A DNA stretch of 64,000 nt from Auanema rhodensis (lineage: Eukaryota; Animalia; Nematoda): assembly GCA_964057225.1 (NCBI GenBank), contig OZ059896.1, forward strand, positions 806,001 through 870,000, read 5' to 3'. Below, piece by piece: positions 13,377 through 29,000 of the stretch. The position numbers and the translations under genes were made by a program. The notes beneath the pieces were generated by a model. It worked only from the letters and a program-made list of their open reading frames with translations, made no database searches and was not told where the DNA came from. The stretch's first letter is position 1, and each line of letters begins with the position of its first letter.

Positions 13377-16300
13377 TTAATTAGCATAAATTAAAGTTCA
13401 CGTAAATTTCAAAGTCATGGTTACCATGAACCAATATCAATAACAATTTGTTTTTAGACTAATATGGACATGGGGAATCTAATTTTGAAAACCGCATCTC
13501 TTTATCTTTCACGTGAAGCGAGTTACATACCAAGTGCACATCACGTGTACATTTAATTAGCATAAATTAAAGTTCACGTAAATTTGAAAGTCATGGTGAC
13601 CATGAACCAATATCAATAAAAATTTGTTTTTAGACTAATATGGACATGGGGAATCTAATTTTGAAAACCGCATCTCTTTATCTTTCACGTGAAGCGAGTT
13701 ACATACCAAGTGCACATCACGTGTACATTTAATTAGCATAAATTAAAGTTCACGTAAATTTCAAAGTCATGGTTACCATGAACCAATATCAATAAAAATT
13801 TGTAATTAGACTAATATGGACATGGGGAATCTAATTTTGGAAACCGCATCTCTTTATCTTTCACGTGAAGCGAGTTACATACCAAGTGCACATCACGTGT
13901 ACATTTAATTAGCATAAATTAAAGTTCACGTAAATTTCAAAGTCATGGTTACCATGAACCAATATCAATAAAAATTTGTTTTTAGACTAATATGGACATG
14001 GGAAATCTAATTTTGAAAACCGCATCTCTTTATCTTTCACGTGAAGCGAGTTACATACCAAGTGCACATGACGTGTACATTTAATTAGCATAAATTAAAG
14101 TTCACGTAAATTTCAAAGTCATGGTTACCATGAACCAATATCAATAACAATTTGTTTTTAGACTAATATGGACATGGGGAATCTAATTTTGAAAACCGCA
14201 TCTCTTTATCTTTCACGTGAAGCGAGTTACATACCAAGTGCACATCACGTGTACATTTAATTAGCATAAATTAAAGTTCACGTAAATTTGAAAGTCATGG
14301 TGACCATGAACCAATATCAATAAAAATTTGTTTTTAGACTAATATGGACATGGGGAATCTAATTTTGAAAACCGCATCTCTTTATCTTTCACGTGAAGCG
14401 AGTTACATACCAAGTGCACATCACGTGTACATTTAATTAGCATAAATTAAAGTTCACGTAAATTTCAAAGTCATGGTTATCATGAACCAATATCAATAAA
14501 AATTTGTAATTAGACTAATATGGACATGGGGAATCTAATTTTGGAAACCGCATCTCTTTATCTTTCACGTGAAGCGAGTTACATACCAAGTGCACATGAC
14601 GTGTACATTTAATTAGCATAAATTAAAGTTCACGTAAATTTCAAAGTCATGGTTACCATGAACCAATATCAATAAAAATTTGTTTTTAGACTAATATGGA
14701 CATGGGAAATCTAATTCTGAAAACCTCATCTCTTTATCTTTCACGTGAAGCGAGTTACATACCAAGTGCACATCACGTGTACATTTAATTAGTATAAATT
14801 AAAGTTCACGTAAATTTCAAAGTCATGGTTACCATGAACCAGTATCAATAAAAATTTGTTTTTAGACTAATATGGACATGGGAAATCTAATTTTGAAAAC
14901 CGCATCTCTTTATCTTTTACGTGAAGCTAGTTACATACCAAGTGCACATCACGTGTACATTTAATTAGCATAAATTAAAGTTCACGTAAATTTCAAAGTC
15001 ATGGTTACCATGCACCAATATCAATAAAAATTTGTTTTTAGACTAATATGGACATGGGGAATCTAATTTTGAAAACCGCATCTCTTTATCTTTCACGTGA
15101 AGCGAGTTACATACCAAGTGCACATCACGTGTACATTTAATTAGCATAAATTAAAGTTCACGTAAATTTCAAAGTCATGGTTACCATGAACCAATATCAA
15201 TAAAAATTTGTTTTTAGACTAATATGGACATGGGAAATCTAATTTTGAAAACCGCATCTCTTTATCTTTTACGTGAAGCGAGTTACATACCAAGTGCACA
15301 TCACGTGTACATTTAATTAGCATAAATTAAAGTTCACGTAAATTTCAAAGTCATGGTTACCATGCACCAATATCAATAACAATTTGTTTTTAGACTAATA
15401 TGGACATAGGGAATCTAATTTTGAAAACCGCATCTCTTTATCTTTCACGTGAAGCTAGTTACATACCAAGTGCACATCACGTGTACATTTAATTAGCATA
15501 AATTAAAGTTCACGTAAATTTCAAAGTCATGGTTACCATGCACCAATATCAATAAAAATTTGTTTTTAGACTAATATGGACATGGGGAATCTAATTTTGA
15601 AAACCGCATCTCTTTATCTTTCACGTGAAGCGAGTTACATACCAAGTGCACATGACGTGTACATTTAATTAGCATAAATTAAAGTTCACGTAAATTTCAA
15701 AGTCATGGTTACCATGAACCAATATCAATAACAATTTGTTTTTAGACTAATATGGACATGGGGAATCTAATTTTGAAAACCGCATCTCTTTATCTTTCAC
15801 GTGAAGCGAGTTACATACCAAGTGCACATCACGTGTACATTTAATTAGCATAAATTAAAGTTCACGTAAATTTGAAAGTCATGGTGACCATGAACCAATA
15901 TCAATAAAAATTTGTTTTTAGACTAATATGGACATGGGGAATCTAATTTTGAAAACCGCATCTCTTTATCTTTCACGTGAAGCGAGTTACATACCAAGTG
16001 CACATCACGTGTACATTTAATTAGCATAAATTAAAGTTCACGTAAATTTCAAAGTCATGGTTACCATGAACCAATATCAATAAAAATTTGTAATTAGACT
16101 AATATGGACATGGGGAATCTAATTTTGGAAACCGCATCTCTTTATCTTTCACGTGAAGCGAGTTACATACCAAGTGCACATCACGTGTACATTTAATTAG
16201 CATAAATTAAAGTTCACGTAAATTTCAAAGTCATGGTTACCATGAACCAATATCAATAAAAATTTGTTTTTAGACTAATATGGACATGGGAAATCTAATT

Positions 16301-17776
16301 TTGAAAACCGCATCTCTTTATCTTTCACGTGAAGCGAGTTACATACCAAGTGCACATGACGTGTACATTTAATTAGCATAAATTAAAGTTCACGTAAATT
16401 TCAAAGTCATGGTTACCATGAACCAATATCAATAACAATTTGTTTTTAGACTAATATGGACATGGGGAATCTAATTTTGAAAACCGCATCTCTTTATCTT
16501 TCACGTGAAGCGAGTTACATACCAAGTGCACATCACGTGTACATTTAATTAGCATAAATTAAAGTTCACGTAAATTTGAAAGTCATGGTGACCATGAACC
16601 AATATCAATAAAAATTTGTTTTTAGACTAATATGGACATGGGGAATCTAATTTTGAAAACCGCATCTCTTTATCTTTCACGTGAAGCGAGTTACATACCA
16701 AGTGCACATCACGTGTACATTTAATTAGCATAAATTAAAGTTCACGTAAATTTCAAAGTCATGGTTACCATGAACCAATATCAATAAAAATTTGTAATTA
16801 GACTAATATGGACATGGGGAATCTAATTTTGGAAACCGCATCTCTTTATCTTTCACGTGAAGCGAGTTACATACCAAGTGCACATCACGTGTACATTTAA
16901 TTAGCATAAATTAAAGTTCACGTAAATTTCAAAGTCATGGTTACCATGAACCAATATCAATAAAAATTTGTTTTTAGACTAATATGGACATGGGAAATCT
17001 AATTTTGAAAACCGCATCTCTTTATCTTTCACGTGAAGCGAGTTACATACCAAGTGCACATCACGTGTACATTTAATTAGTATAAATTAAAGTTCACGTA
17101 AATTTCAAAGTCATGGTTACCATGAACCAGTATCAATAAAAATTTGTTTTTAGACTAATATGGACATGGGAAATCTAATTTTGAAAACCGCATCTCTTTA
17201 TCTTTTACGTGAAGCTAGTTACATACCAAGTGCACATCACGTGTACATTTAATTAGCATAAATTAAAGTTCACGTAAATTTCAAAGTCATGGTTACCATG
17301 CACCAATATCAATAAAAATTTGTTTTTAGACTAATATGGACATGGGGAATCTAATTTTGAAAACCGCATCTCTTTATCTTTCACGTGAAGCGAGTTACAT
17401 ACCAAGTGCACATCACGTGTACATTTAATTAGCATAAATTAAAGTTCACGTAAATTTCAAAGTCATGGTTACCATGAACCAATATCAATAAAAATTTGTT
17501 TTTAGACTAATATGGACATGGGAAATCTAATTTTGAAAACCGCATCTCTTTATCTTTTACGTGAAGCGAGTTACATACCAAGTGCACATCACGTGTACAT
17601 TTAATTAGCATAAATTAAAGTTCACGTAAATTTCAAAGTCATGGTTACCATGCACCAATATCAATAACAATTTGTTTTTAGACTAATATGGACATAGGGA
17701 ATCTAATTTTGAAAACCGCATCTCTTTATCTTTCACGTGAAGCGAGTTACATACCAAGTGCACATCACGTGTACAT
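13201..17776. repeat. 13-monomer (2288 bp) tandem block duplication: 13201-15488 / 15489-17776, each copy containing a doubled tetramer
   Basis: GTAATTA units at 13729 and 14433 recur at 16017 and 16721; TTTGAAAG/GGTGACC units at 13553 and 14257 recur at 15841 and 16545. A few private differences lie at 14433-14784. Confidence 0.85.
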
Positions 17777-18480
17777 TTAATTAGCATAAATTAAAGTTCA
17801 CGTAAATTTCAAAGTCATGGTTACCATGAACCAAAATCAATAAAAATTTGTTTATAGACTAATATGGACATGGGGAATCTAATTTTGAAAACCGCATCTC
17901 TTTATCTTTCACGTGAAACGAGTTACATACCAAGTGCACATCACGTGTACATTTAATTAGCATAAATTAAAGTTCACGTAAATTTCAAAGTCATGGTTAC
18001 CATGCACCAATATCAATAAAAATTTGTTTTTAGACTAATATGGACATGGGGAATCTGATTTTGAAAACCGCATCTCTTTATCTTTCACGTGAAGCGAGTT
18101 ACATACCAAGTGCACATCACGTGTACATTTAATTAGCATAAATTAAAGTTCACGTAAATTTCAAAGTCATGGTTACCATGAACCAATATCAATAAAAATT
18201 TGTTTTTAGACTAATATGGACATGGGGAATCTGATTTTGAAAACCGCATCTCTTTATCTTTCACGTGAAGCGAGTTACATACCAAGTGCACATCACGTGT
18301 ACATTTAATTAGCATAAATTAAAGTTCACGTAAATTTCAAAGTCATGGTTACCATGAACCAGTATCAATAAAAATTTGTTTTTAGACTAATATGGACATG
18401 GGAAATCTAATTTTGAAAACCGCATCTCTTTATCTTTCACGTGAAGCGAGTTACATACCAAGTGCACATCACGTGTACAT

Positions 18481-20768
18481 TTAATTAGCATAAATTAAAG
18501 TTCACGTAAATTTCAAAGTCATGGTTACCATGCACCAATATCAATAAAAATTTGTTTTTAGACTAATATGGACATGGGGAATCTAATTTTGAAAACCGCA
18601 TCTCTTTATCTTTCACGTGAAGCGAGTTACATATGAAGTGCACATCACGTGTACATTTAATTAGCATAAATTAAAGTTCACGTAAATTTCAAAGTCATGG
18701 TTACAATGAACCAGTATCAATGAAAATTTGTTTTTAGACTAATATGGACATGGGAAATCTAATTTTGAAAACCGCATCTCTTTATCTTTTACGTGAAGCT
18801 AGTTACATACCAAGTGCACATCACGTGTACATTTAATTAGCATAAATTAAAGTTCACGTAAATTTCAAAGTCATGGTTACCATGCACCAATATCAATAAA
18901 AATTTGTTTTTAGACTAATATGGACATGGGGAATCTAATTTTGAAAACCGCATCTCTTTATCTTTCACGTGAAGCGAGTTACATATGAAGTGCACATCAC
19001 GTGTACATTTAATTAGCATAAATTAAAGTTCACGTAAATTTCAAAGTCATGGTTACCATGAACCAGTATCAATGAAAATTTGTTTTTAGACTAATATGGA
19101 CATGGGAAATCTAATTTTGAAAACCGCATCTCTTTATCTTTTACGTGAAGCTAGTTACATACCAAGTGCACATCACGTGTACATTTAATTAGCATAAATT
19201 AAAGTTCACGTAAATTTCAAAGTCATGGTTACCATGAACCAATATCAATAAAAATTTGTTTTTAGACTAATATGGACATGGGGAATCTGATTTTGAAAAC
19301 CGCATCTCTTTATCTTTCACGTGAAGCGAGTTACATACCAAGTGCACATCACGTGTACATTTAATTAGCATAAATTAAAGTTCACGTATATTTCAAAGTC
19401 ATGGTTACCATGCACCAATATCAATAACAATTTGTTTTTAGACTAATATGGACATAGGGAATCTAATTTTGAAAACCGCATCTCTTTATCTTTCACGTGA
19501 AGCGAGTTACATATGAAGTGCACATCACGTGTACATTTAATTAGCATAAATTAAAGTTCACGTAAATTTCAAAGTCATGGTTACCATGAACCAATATCAA
19601 TAAAAATTTGTTTTTAGACTAATATGGACATGGGAAATCTAATTTTGAAAACCGCATCTCTTTATCTTTCACGTGAAGCGAGTTACATACCAAGTGCACA
19701 TCACGTGTACATTTAATTAGCATAAATTAAAGTTCACGTAAATTTCAAAGTCATGGTTACCATGCACCAATATCAATAAAAATTTGTTTTTAGACTAATA
19801 TGGACATGGGGAATCTAATTTTGAAAACCGCATCTCTTTATCTTTCACGTGAAGCGAGTTACATATGAAGTGCACATCACGTGTACATTTAATTAGCATA
19901 AATTAAAGTTCACGTAAATTTCAAAGTCATGGTTACCATGAACCAGTATCAATGAAAATTTGTTTTTAGACTAATATGGACATGGGAAATCTAATTTTGA
20001 AAACCGCATCTCTTTATCTTTTACGTGAAGCTAGTTACATACCAAGTGCACATCACGTGTACATTTAATTAGCATAAATTAAAGTTCACGTAAATTTCAA
20101 AGTCATGGTTACCATGCACCAATATCAATAAAAATTTGTTTTTAGACTAATATGGACATGGGGAATCTAATTTTGAAAACCGCATCTCTTTATCTTTCAC
20201 GTGAAGCGAGTTACATATGAAGTGCACATCACGTGTACATTTAATTAGCATAAATTAAAGTTCACGTAAATTTCAAAGTCATGGTTACCATGAACCAGTA
20301 TCAATGAAAATTTGTTTTTAGACTAATATGGACATGGGAAATCTAATTTTGAAAACCGCATCTCTTTATCTTTTACGTGAAGCTAGTTACATACCAAGTG
20401 CACATCACGTGTACATTTAATTAGCATAAATTAAAGTTCACGTAAATTTCAAAGTCATGGTTACCATGAACCAATATCAATAAAAATTTGTTTTTAGACT
20501 AATATGGACATGGGGAATCTGATTTTGAAAACCGCATCTCTTTATCTTTCACGTGAAGCGAGTTACATACCAAGTGCACATCACGTGTACATTTAATTAG
20601 CATAAATTAAAGTTCACGTATATTTCAAAGTCATGGTTACCATGCACCAATATCAATAACAATTTGTTTTTAGACTGATATGGACATAGGGAATCTAATT
20701 TTGAAAACCGCATCTCTTTATCTTTCACGTGAAGCGAGTTACATACCAAGTGCACATCACGTGTACAT
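18481..20768. repeat. 7-monomer (1232 bp) period duplication containing an alternating dimer
   Basis: CATATGAAG units at 18481/18833 and 19713/20065 alternate with AATGAAAA units at 18657/19009 and 19889/20241; CGTATATTT unit at 19361 and 20593. Confidence 0.85.
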
Positions 20769-22880
20769 TTAATTAGCATAAATTAAAGTTCACGTAAATT
20801 TCAAAGTCATGGTTACCATGAACCAATATCAATAAAAATTTGTTTTTAGACTAATATGGACATGGGGAATCTAATTTTGAAAACCGCATCTCTTTATCTT
20901 TCATGTGAAACGAGTTACATACCAAGTGCACATCACGTGTACATTTAATTAGCATAAATTAAAGTTCACGTAAATTTCAAAGTCATGGTTACCATGCACC
21001 AATATCAATAAAAATTTGTTTTTAGACTAATATGGACATGGGGAATCTGATTTTGAAAACCGCATCTCTTTATCTTTCACGTGAAGCGAGTTACATACCA
21101 AGTGCACATCACGTGTACATTTAATTAGCATAAATTAAAGTTCACGTAAATTTCAAAGTCATGGTTACCATGAACCAATATCAATAAAAATTTGTTTTTA
21201 GACTAATATGGACATGGGGAATCTGATTTTGAAAACCGCATCTCTTTATCTTTCACGTGAAGCGAGTTACATACCAAGTGCACATCACGTGTACATTTAA
21301 TTAGCATAAATTAAAGTTCACGTAAATTTCAAAGTCATGGTTACCATGCACCAATATCAATAAAAATTTGTTTTTAGATTAATATGGACATGGGGAATCT
21401 GATTTTGAAAACCGCATCTCTTTATCTTTCACGTGAAGCGAGTTACATACCAAGTGCACATCACGTGTACATTTAATTAGCATAAATTAAAGTTCACGTA
21501 AATTTCAAAGTCATGGTTACCATGAACCAGTATCAATGAAAATTTGTTTTTAGACTAATATGGACATGGGAAATCTAATTTTGAAAACCGCATCTCTTTA
21601 TCTTTTACGTGAAGCTAGTTACATACCAAGTGCACATCACGTGTACATTTAATTAGCATAAATTAAAGTTCACGTAAATTTCAAAGTCATGGTTACCATG
21701 AACCAATATCAATAAAAATTTGTTTTTAGACTAATATGGACATGGGGAATCTGATTTTGAAAACCGCATCTCTTTATCTTTCACGTGAAGCGAGTTACAT
21801 ACCAAGTGCACATCACGTGTACATTTAATTAGCATAAATTAAAGTTCACGTAAATTTCAAAGTCATGGTTACCATGCACCAATATCGATAAAAATTTGTT
21901 TTTAGATTAATATGGACATGGGGAATCTGATTTTGAAAACCGCATCTCTTTATCTTTCACGTGAAGCGAGTTACATACCAAGTGCACATCACGTGTACAT
22001 TTAATTAGCATAAATTAAAGTTCACGTAAATTTCAAAGTCATGGTTACCATGCACCAATATCAATAAAAATTTGTTTTTAGACTAATATGGACATGGGGA
22101 ATCTGATTTTGAAAACCGCATCTCTTTATCTTTCACGTGAAGCGAGTTACATACCAAGTGCACATCACGTGTACATTTAATTAGCATAAATTAAAGTTCA
22201 CGTAAATTTCAAAGTCATGGTTACCATGAACCAATATCAATAAAAATTTGTTTTTAGACTAATATGGACATGGGGAATCTGATTTTGAAAACCGCATCTC
22301 TTTATCTTTCACGTGAAGCGAGTTACATACCAAGTGCACATCACGTGTACATTTAATTAGCATAAATTAAAGTTCACGTAAATTTCAAAGTCATGGTTAC
22401 CATGAACCAGTATCAATAAAAATTTGTTTTTAGACTAATTTGGACATGGGAAATCTAATTTTGAAAACCGCATCTCTTTATCTTTTACGTGAAGCGAGTT
22501 ACATACCAAGTGCACATCACGTGTACATTTAATTAGTATAAATTAAAGTTCACGTAAATTTCAAAGTCATGGTTACCATGAACCAGTATCAATAAAAATT
22601 TGTTTTTAGACTAATATGGACATGGGAAATCTAATTTTGAAAACCGCATCTCTTTATCTTTCACGTGAAGCGAGTTACATACCAAGTGCACATCACGTGT
22701 ACATTTAATTAGCATAAATTAAAGTTCACGTAAATTTCAAAGTCATGGTTACCATGAACCAATATCAATAAAAATTTGTTTTTAGACTAATATGGACATG
22801 GGGAATCTAATTTCGAAAACCGCATCTCTTTATCTTTCACGTGAAGCGAGTTACATACCAAGTGCACATCACGTGTACAT

Positions 22881-25800
22881 TTAATTAGCATAAATTAAAG
22901 TTCACGTAAATTTCAAAGTCATGGTTACCATGAACCAATATCAATAAAAATTTGTTTTTAGACTAATATGGACATGGGAAATCTAATTTTGAAAACCGCA
23001 TCTCTTTATCTTTTACGTGAAGCGAGTTACATACCAAGTGCACATCACGTGTACATTTAATTAGCATAAATTAAAGTTCACGTAAATTTCAAAGTCATGG
23101 TTACCATGCACCAATATCAATAACAATTTGTTTTTAGACTAATATGGACATAGGGAATCTAATTTTGAAAACCGCATCTCTTTATCTTTCACGTGAAGCG
23201 AGTTACATACCAAGTGCACATCACGTGTACATTTAATTAGTATAAATTAAAGTTCACGTAAATTTCAAAGTCATGGTTACCATGAACCAGTATCAATAAA
23301 AATTTGTTTTTAGACTAATATGGACATGGGAAATCTAATTTTGAAAACCGCATCTCTTTATCTTTTACGTGAAGCTAGTTACATACCAAGTGCACATCAC
23401 GTGTACATTTAATTAGCATAAATTAAAGTTCACGTAAATTTCAAAGTCATGGTTACCATGAACCAATATCAATAAAAATTTGTTTTTAGACTAATATGGA
23501 CATGGGGAATCTAATTTTGAAAACCGCATCTCTTTATCTTTCACGTGAAGCGAGTTACATACCAAGTGCACATCACGTGTACATTTAATTAGTATAAATT
23601 AAAGTTCACGTAAATTTCAAAGTCATGGTTACCATGAACCAGTATCAATAAAAATTTGTTTTTAGACTAATATGGACATGGGAAATCTAATTTTGAAAAC
23701 CGCATCTCTTTATCTTTTACGTGAAGCTAGTTACATACCAAGTGCACATCACGTGTACATTTAATTAGCATAAATTAAAGTTCACGTAAATTTCAAAGTC
23801 ATGGTTACCATGCACCAATATCAATAAAAATTTGTTTTTAGACTAATATGGACATGATGAATCTAATTTTGAAAACCGCATCTCTTTATCTTTCACGTGA
23901 AGCGAGTTACATACCAAGTGCACATCACGTGTACATTTAATTAGCATAAATTAAAGTTCACGTAAATTTCAAAGTCATGGTTACCATGAACCAATATCAA
24001 TAAAAATTTGTTTTTAGACTAATATGGACATGGGAAATCTAATTTTGAAAACCGCATCTCTTTATCTTTTACGTGAAGCGAGTTACATACCAAGTGCACA
24101 TCACGTGTACATTTAATTAGCATAAATTAAAGTTCACGTAAATTTCAAAGTCATGGTTACCATGCACCAATATCAATAACAATTTGTTTTTAGACTAATA
24201 TGGACATAGGGAATCTAATTTTGAAAACCGCATCTCTTTATCTTTCACGTGAAGCGAGTTACATACCAAGTGCACATCACGTGTACATTTAATTAGCATA
24301 AATTAAAGTTCACGTAAATTTCAAAGTCATGGTTACCATGCACCAATATCAATAACAATTTGTTTTTAGACTAATATGGACATAGGGAATCTAATTTTGA
24401 AAACCGCATCTCTTTATCTTTCACGTGAAGCGAGTTACATACCAAGTGCACATCACGTGTACATTTAATTAGCATAAATTAAAGTTCACGTAAATTTCAA
24501 AGTCATGGTTACCATGCACCAATATCAATAAAAATTTGTTTTTAGACTAATATGGACATGATGAATCTAATTTTGAAAACCGCATCTCTTTATCTTTCAC
24601 GTGAAGCGAGTTACATACCAAGTGCACATCACGTGTACATTTAATTAGCATAAATTAAAGTTCACGTAAATTTCAAAGTCATGGTTACCATGAACCAATA
24701 TCAATAAAAATTTGTTTTTAGACTAATATGGACATGGGAAATCTAATTTTGAAAACCGCATCTCTTTATCTTTTACGTGAAGCGAGTTACATACCAAGTG
24801 CACATCACGTGTACATTTAATTAGCATAAATTAAAGTTCACGTAAATTTCAAAGTCATGGTTACCATGCACCAATATCAATAACAATTTGTTTTTAGACT
24901 AATATGGACATAGGGAATCTAATTTTGAAAACCGCATCTCTTTATCTTTCACGTGAAGCGAGTTACATACCAAGTGCACATCACGTGTACATTTAATTAG
25001 TATAAATTAAAGTTCACGTAAATTTCAAAGTCATGGTTACCATGAACCAGTATCAATAAAAATTTGTTTTTAGACTAATATGGACATGGGAAATCTAATT
25101 TTGAAAACCGCATCTCTTTATCTTTTACGTGAAGCTAGTTACATACCAAGTGCACATCACGTGTACATTTAATTAGCATAAATTAAAGTTCACGTAAATT
25201 TCAAAGTCATGGTTACCATGAACCAATATCAATAAAAATTTGTTTTTAGACTAATATGGACATGGGGAATCTAATTTTGAAAACCGCATCTCTTTATCTT
25301 TCACGTGAAGCGAGTTACATACCAAGTGCACATCACGTGTACATTTAATTAGTATAAATTAAAGTTCACGTAAATTTCAAAGTCATGGTTACCATGAACC
25401 AGTATCAATAAAAATTTGTTTTTAGACTAATATGGACATGGGAAATCTAATTTTGAAAACCGCATCTCTTTATCTTTTACGTGAAGCTAGTTACATACCA
25501 AGTGCACATCACGTGTACATTTAATTAGCATAAATTAAAGTTCACGTAAATTTCAAAGTCATGGTTACCATGCACCAATATCAATAAAAATTTGTTTTTA
25601 GACTAATATGGACATGATGAATCTAATTTTGAAAACCGCATCTCTTTATCTTTCACGTGAAGCGAGTTACATACCAAGTGCACATCACGTGTACATTTAA
25701 TTAGCATAAATTAAAGTTCACGTAAATTTCAAAGTCATGGTTACCATGAACCAATATCAATAAAAATTTGTTTTTAGACTAATATGGACATGGGAAATCT

Positions 25801-26048
25801 AATTTTGAAAACCGCATCTCTTTATCTTTTACGTGAAGCGAGTTACATACCAAGTGCACATCACGTGTACATTTAATTAGCATAAATTAAAGTTCACGTA
25901 AATTTCAAAGTCATGGTTACCATGCACCAATATCAATAACAATTTGTTTTTAGACTAATATGGACATAGGGAATCTAATTTTGAAAACCGCATCTCTTTA
26001 TCTTTCACGTGAAGCGAGTTACATACCAAGTGCACATCACGTGTACAT
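22881..26048. repeat. 8-monomer block repeated at 10-monomer (1760 bp) spacing: 22881-24288 / 24641-26048
   Basis: Rare GACATGATGA allele at ~23851 and ~25611 (also ~24555); flanking units match in order. Confidence 0.8.
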
Positions 26049-29000
26049 TTAATTAGCATAAATTAAAGTTCACGTAAATTTCAAAGTCATGGTTACCATG
26101 AACCAAAATCAATAAAAATTTGTTTATAGACTAATATGGACATGGGGAATCTAATTTTGAAAACCGCATCTCTTTATCTTTCACGTGAAACGAGTTACAT
26201 ACCAAGTGCACATCACGTGTACATTTAATTAGCATAAATTAAAGTTCACGTAAATTTCAAAGTCATGGTTACCATGCACCAATATCAATAAAAATTTGTT
26301 TTTAGACTAATATGGACATGGGGAATCTGATTTTGAAAACCGCATCTCTTTATCTTTCACGTGAAGCGAGTTACATACCAAGTGCACATCACGTGTACAT
26401 TTAATTAGCATAAATTAAAGTTCACGTAAATTTCGAAGTCATGGTTACCATGAACCAATATCAATAAAAATTTGTTTTTAGACTAATATGGACATGGGGA
26501 ATCTGATTTTGAAAACCGCATCTCTTTATCTTTCACGTGAAGCGAGTTACATACCAAGTGCACATCACGTGTACATTTAATTAGCATAAATTAAAGTTCA
26601 CGTAAATTTCAAAGTCATGGTTACCATGAACCAGTATCAATAAAAATTTGTTTTTAGACTAATATGGACATGGGAAATCTAATTTTGAAAACCGCATCTC
26701 TTTATCTTTCACGTGAAGCGAGTTACATACCAAGTGCACATCACGTGTACATTTAATTAGCATAAATTAAAGTTCACGTAAATTTCAAAGTCATGGTTAC
26801 CATGAACCAGTATCAATAACAATTTGTTTTTAGACTAATATGGACATAGGGAATCTAATTTTGAAAACCGCATCTCTTTATCTTTCACGTGAAGCGAGTT
26901 ACATACCAAGTGCACATCACGTGTACATTTAATTAGCATAAATTAAAGTTCACGTAAATTTCAAAGTCATGGTTACCATGAACCAATATCAATAAAAATT
27001 TGTTTTTAGACTAATATGGACATGGGGAATCTGATTTTGAAAACCGCATCTCTTTATCTTTCATGTGAAACGAGTTACATACCAAGTGCACATCACGTGT
27101 ACATTTAATTAGCATAAATTAAAGTTCACGTAAATTTCAAAGTCATGGTTACCATGCACCAATATCAATAAAAATTTGTTTTTAGACTAATATGGACATG
27201 GGGAATCTGATTTTGAAAACCGCATCTCTTTATCTTTCACGTGAAGCGAGTTACATACCAAGTGCACATCACGTGTACATTTAATTAGCATAAATTAAAG
27301 TTCACGTAAATTTCAAAGTCATGGTTACCATGAACCAATATCAATAAAAATTTGTTTTTAGACTAATATGGACATGGGGAATCTGATTTTGAAAACCGCA
27401 TCTCTTTATCTTTCACGTGAAGCGAGTTACATACCAAGTGCACATCACGTGTACATTTAATTAGCATAAATTAAAGTTCACGTAAATTTCAAAGTCATGG
27501 TTACCATGAACCAGTATCAATAAAAATTTGTTTTTAGACTAATATGGACATGGGAAATCTAATTTTGAAAACCGCATCTCTTTATCTTTTACGTGAAGCG
27601 AGTTACATACCAAGTGCACATCACGTGTACATTTAATTAGTATAAATTAAAGTTCACGTGAATTTCAAAGTCATGGTTACCATGAACCAATATCAATAAA
27701 AATTTGTTTTTAGACTAATATGGACATGGGAAATCTAATTTTGAAAACCGCATCTCTTTATCTTTCACGTGAAGCGAGTTACATACCAAGTGCACATGAC
27801 GTGTAAATTTAATTAGCATAAATTAAAGTTCACGTAAATTTCAAAGTCATGGTTACCATGAACCAATATCAATAACAATTTGTTTTTAGACTAATATGGA
27901 CATGGGGAATCTAATTTTGTAAACCGCATCTCTTTATCTTTCACGTGAAGCGAGTTACATACCAAGTGCACATCACGTGTACATTTAATTAGCATAAATT
28001 AAAGTTCACGTAAATTTGAAAGTCATGGTGACCATGAACCAATATCAATAAAAATTTGTTTTTAGACTAATATGGACATGGGGAATCTAATTTTGAAAAC
28101 CGCATCTCTTTATCTTTCACGTGAAGCGAGTTACATACCAAGTGCACATCACGTGTACATTTAATTAGCATAAATTAAAGTTCACGTAAATTTCAAAGTC
28201 ATGGTTACCATGAACCAATATCAATAAAAATTTGTAATTAGACTAATATGGACATGGGGAATCTAATTTTGGAAACCGCATCTCTTTATCTTTCACGTGA
28301 AGCGAGTTACATACCAAGTGCACATCACGTGTACATTTAATTAGCATAAATTAAAGTTCACGTAAATTTCAAAGTCATGGTTACCATGAACCAATATCAA
28401 TAAAAATTTGTTTTTAGACTAATATGGACATGGGAAATCTAATTTTGAAAACCGCATCTCTTTATCTTTCACGTGAAGCGAGTTACATACCAAGTGCACA
28501 TCACGTGTACATTTAATTAGTATAAATTAAAGTTCACGTAAATTTCAAAGTCATGGTTACCATGAACCAGTATCAATAAAAATTTGTTTTTAGACTAATA
28601 TGGACATGGGAAATCTAATTTTGAAAACCGCATCTCTTTATCTTTTACGTGAAGCTAGTTACATACCAAGTGCACATCACGTGTACATTTAATTAGCATA
28701 AATTAAAGTTCACGTAAATTTCAAAGTCATGGTTAGCATGCACCAATATCAATAAAAATTTGTTTTTAGACTAATATGGACATGGGGAATCTAATTTTGA
28801 AAACCGCATCTCTTTATCTTTCACGTGAAGCGAGTTACATACCAAGTGCACATCACGTGTACATTTAATTAGCATAAATTAAAGTTCACGTAAATTTCAA
28901 AGTCATGGTTACCATGAACCAATATCAATAAAAATTTGTTTTTAGACTAATATGGACATGGGGAATCTAATTTCGAAAACCGCATCTCTTTATCTTTCAC

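Noticed and set aside
20597-20779. 60-aa ORF MLIKCTRD... (also 45760-45942, 63008-63190, 63184-63366, 63538-63720) as protein-coding genes
   Set aside because: They are satellite monomers with a point change in one stop codon. About 358 other copies are closed, the unit length is not a multiple of 3, and there is no recognisable domain or gene context.
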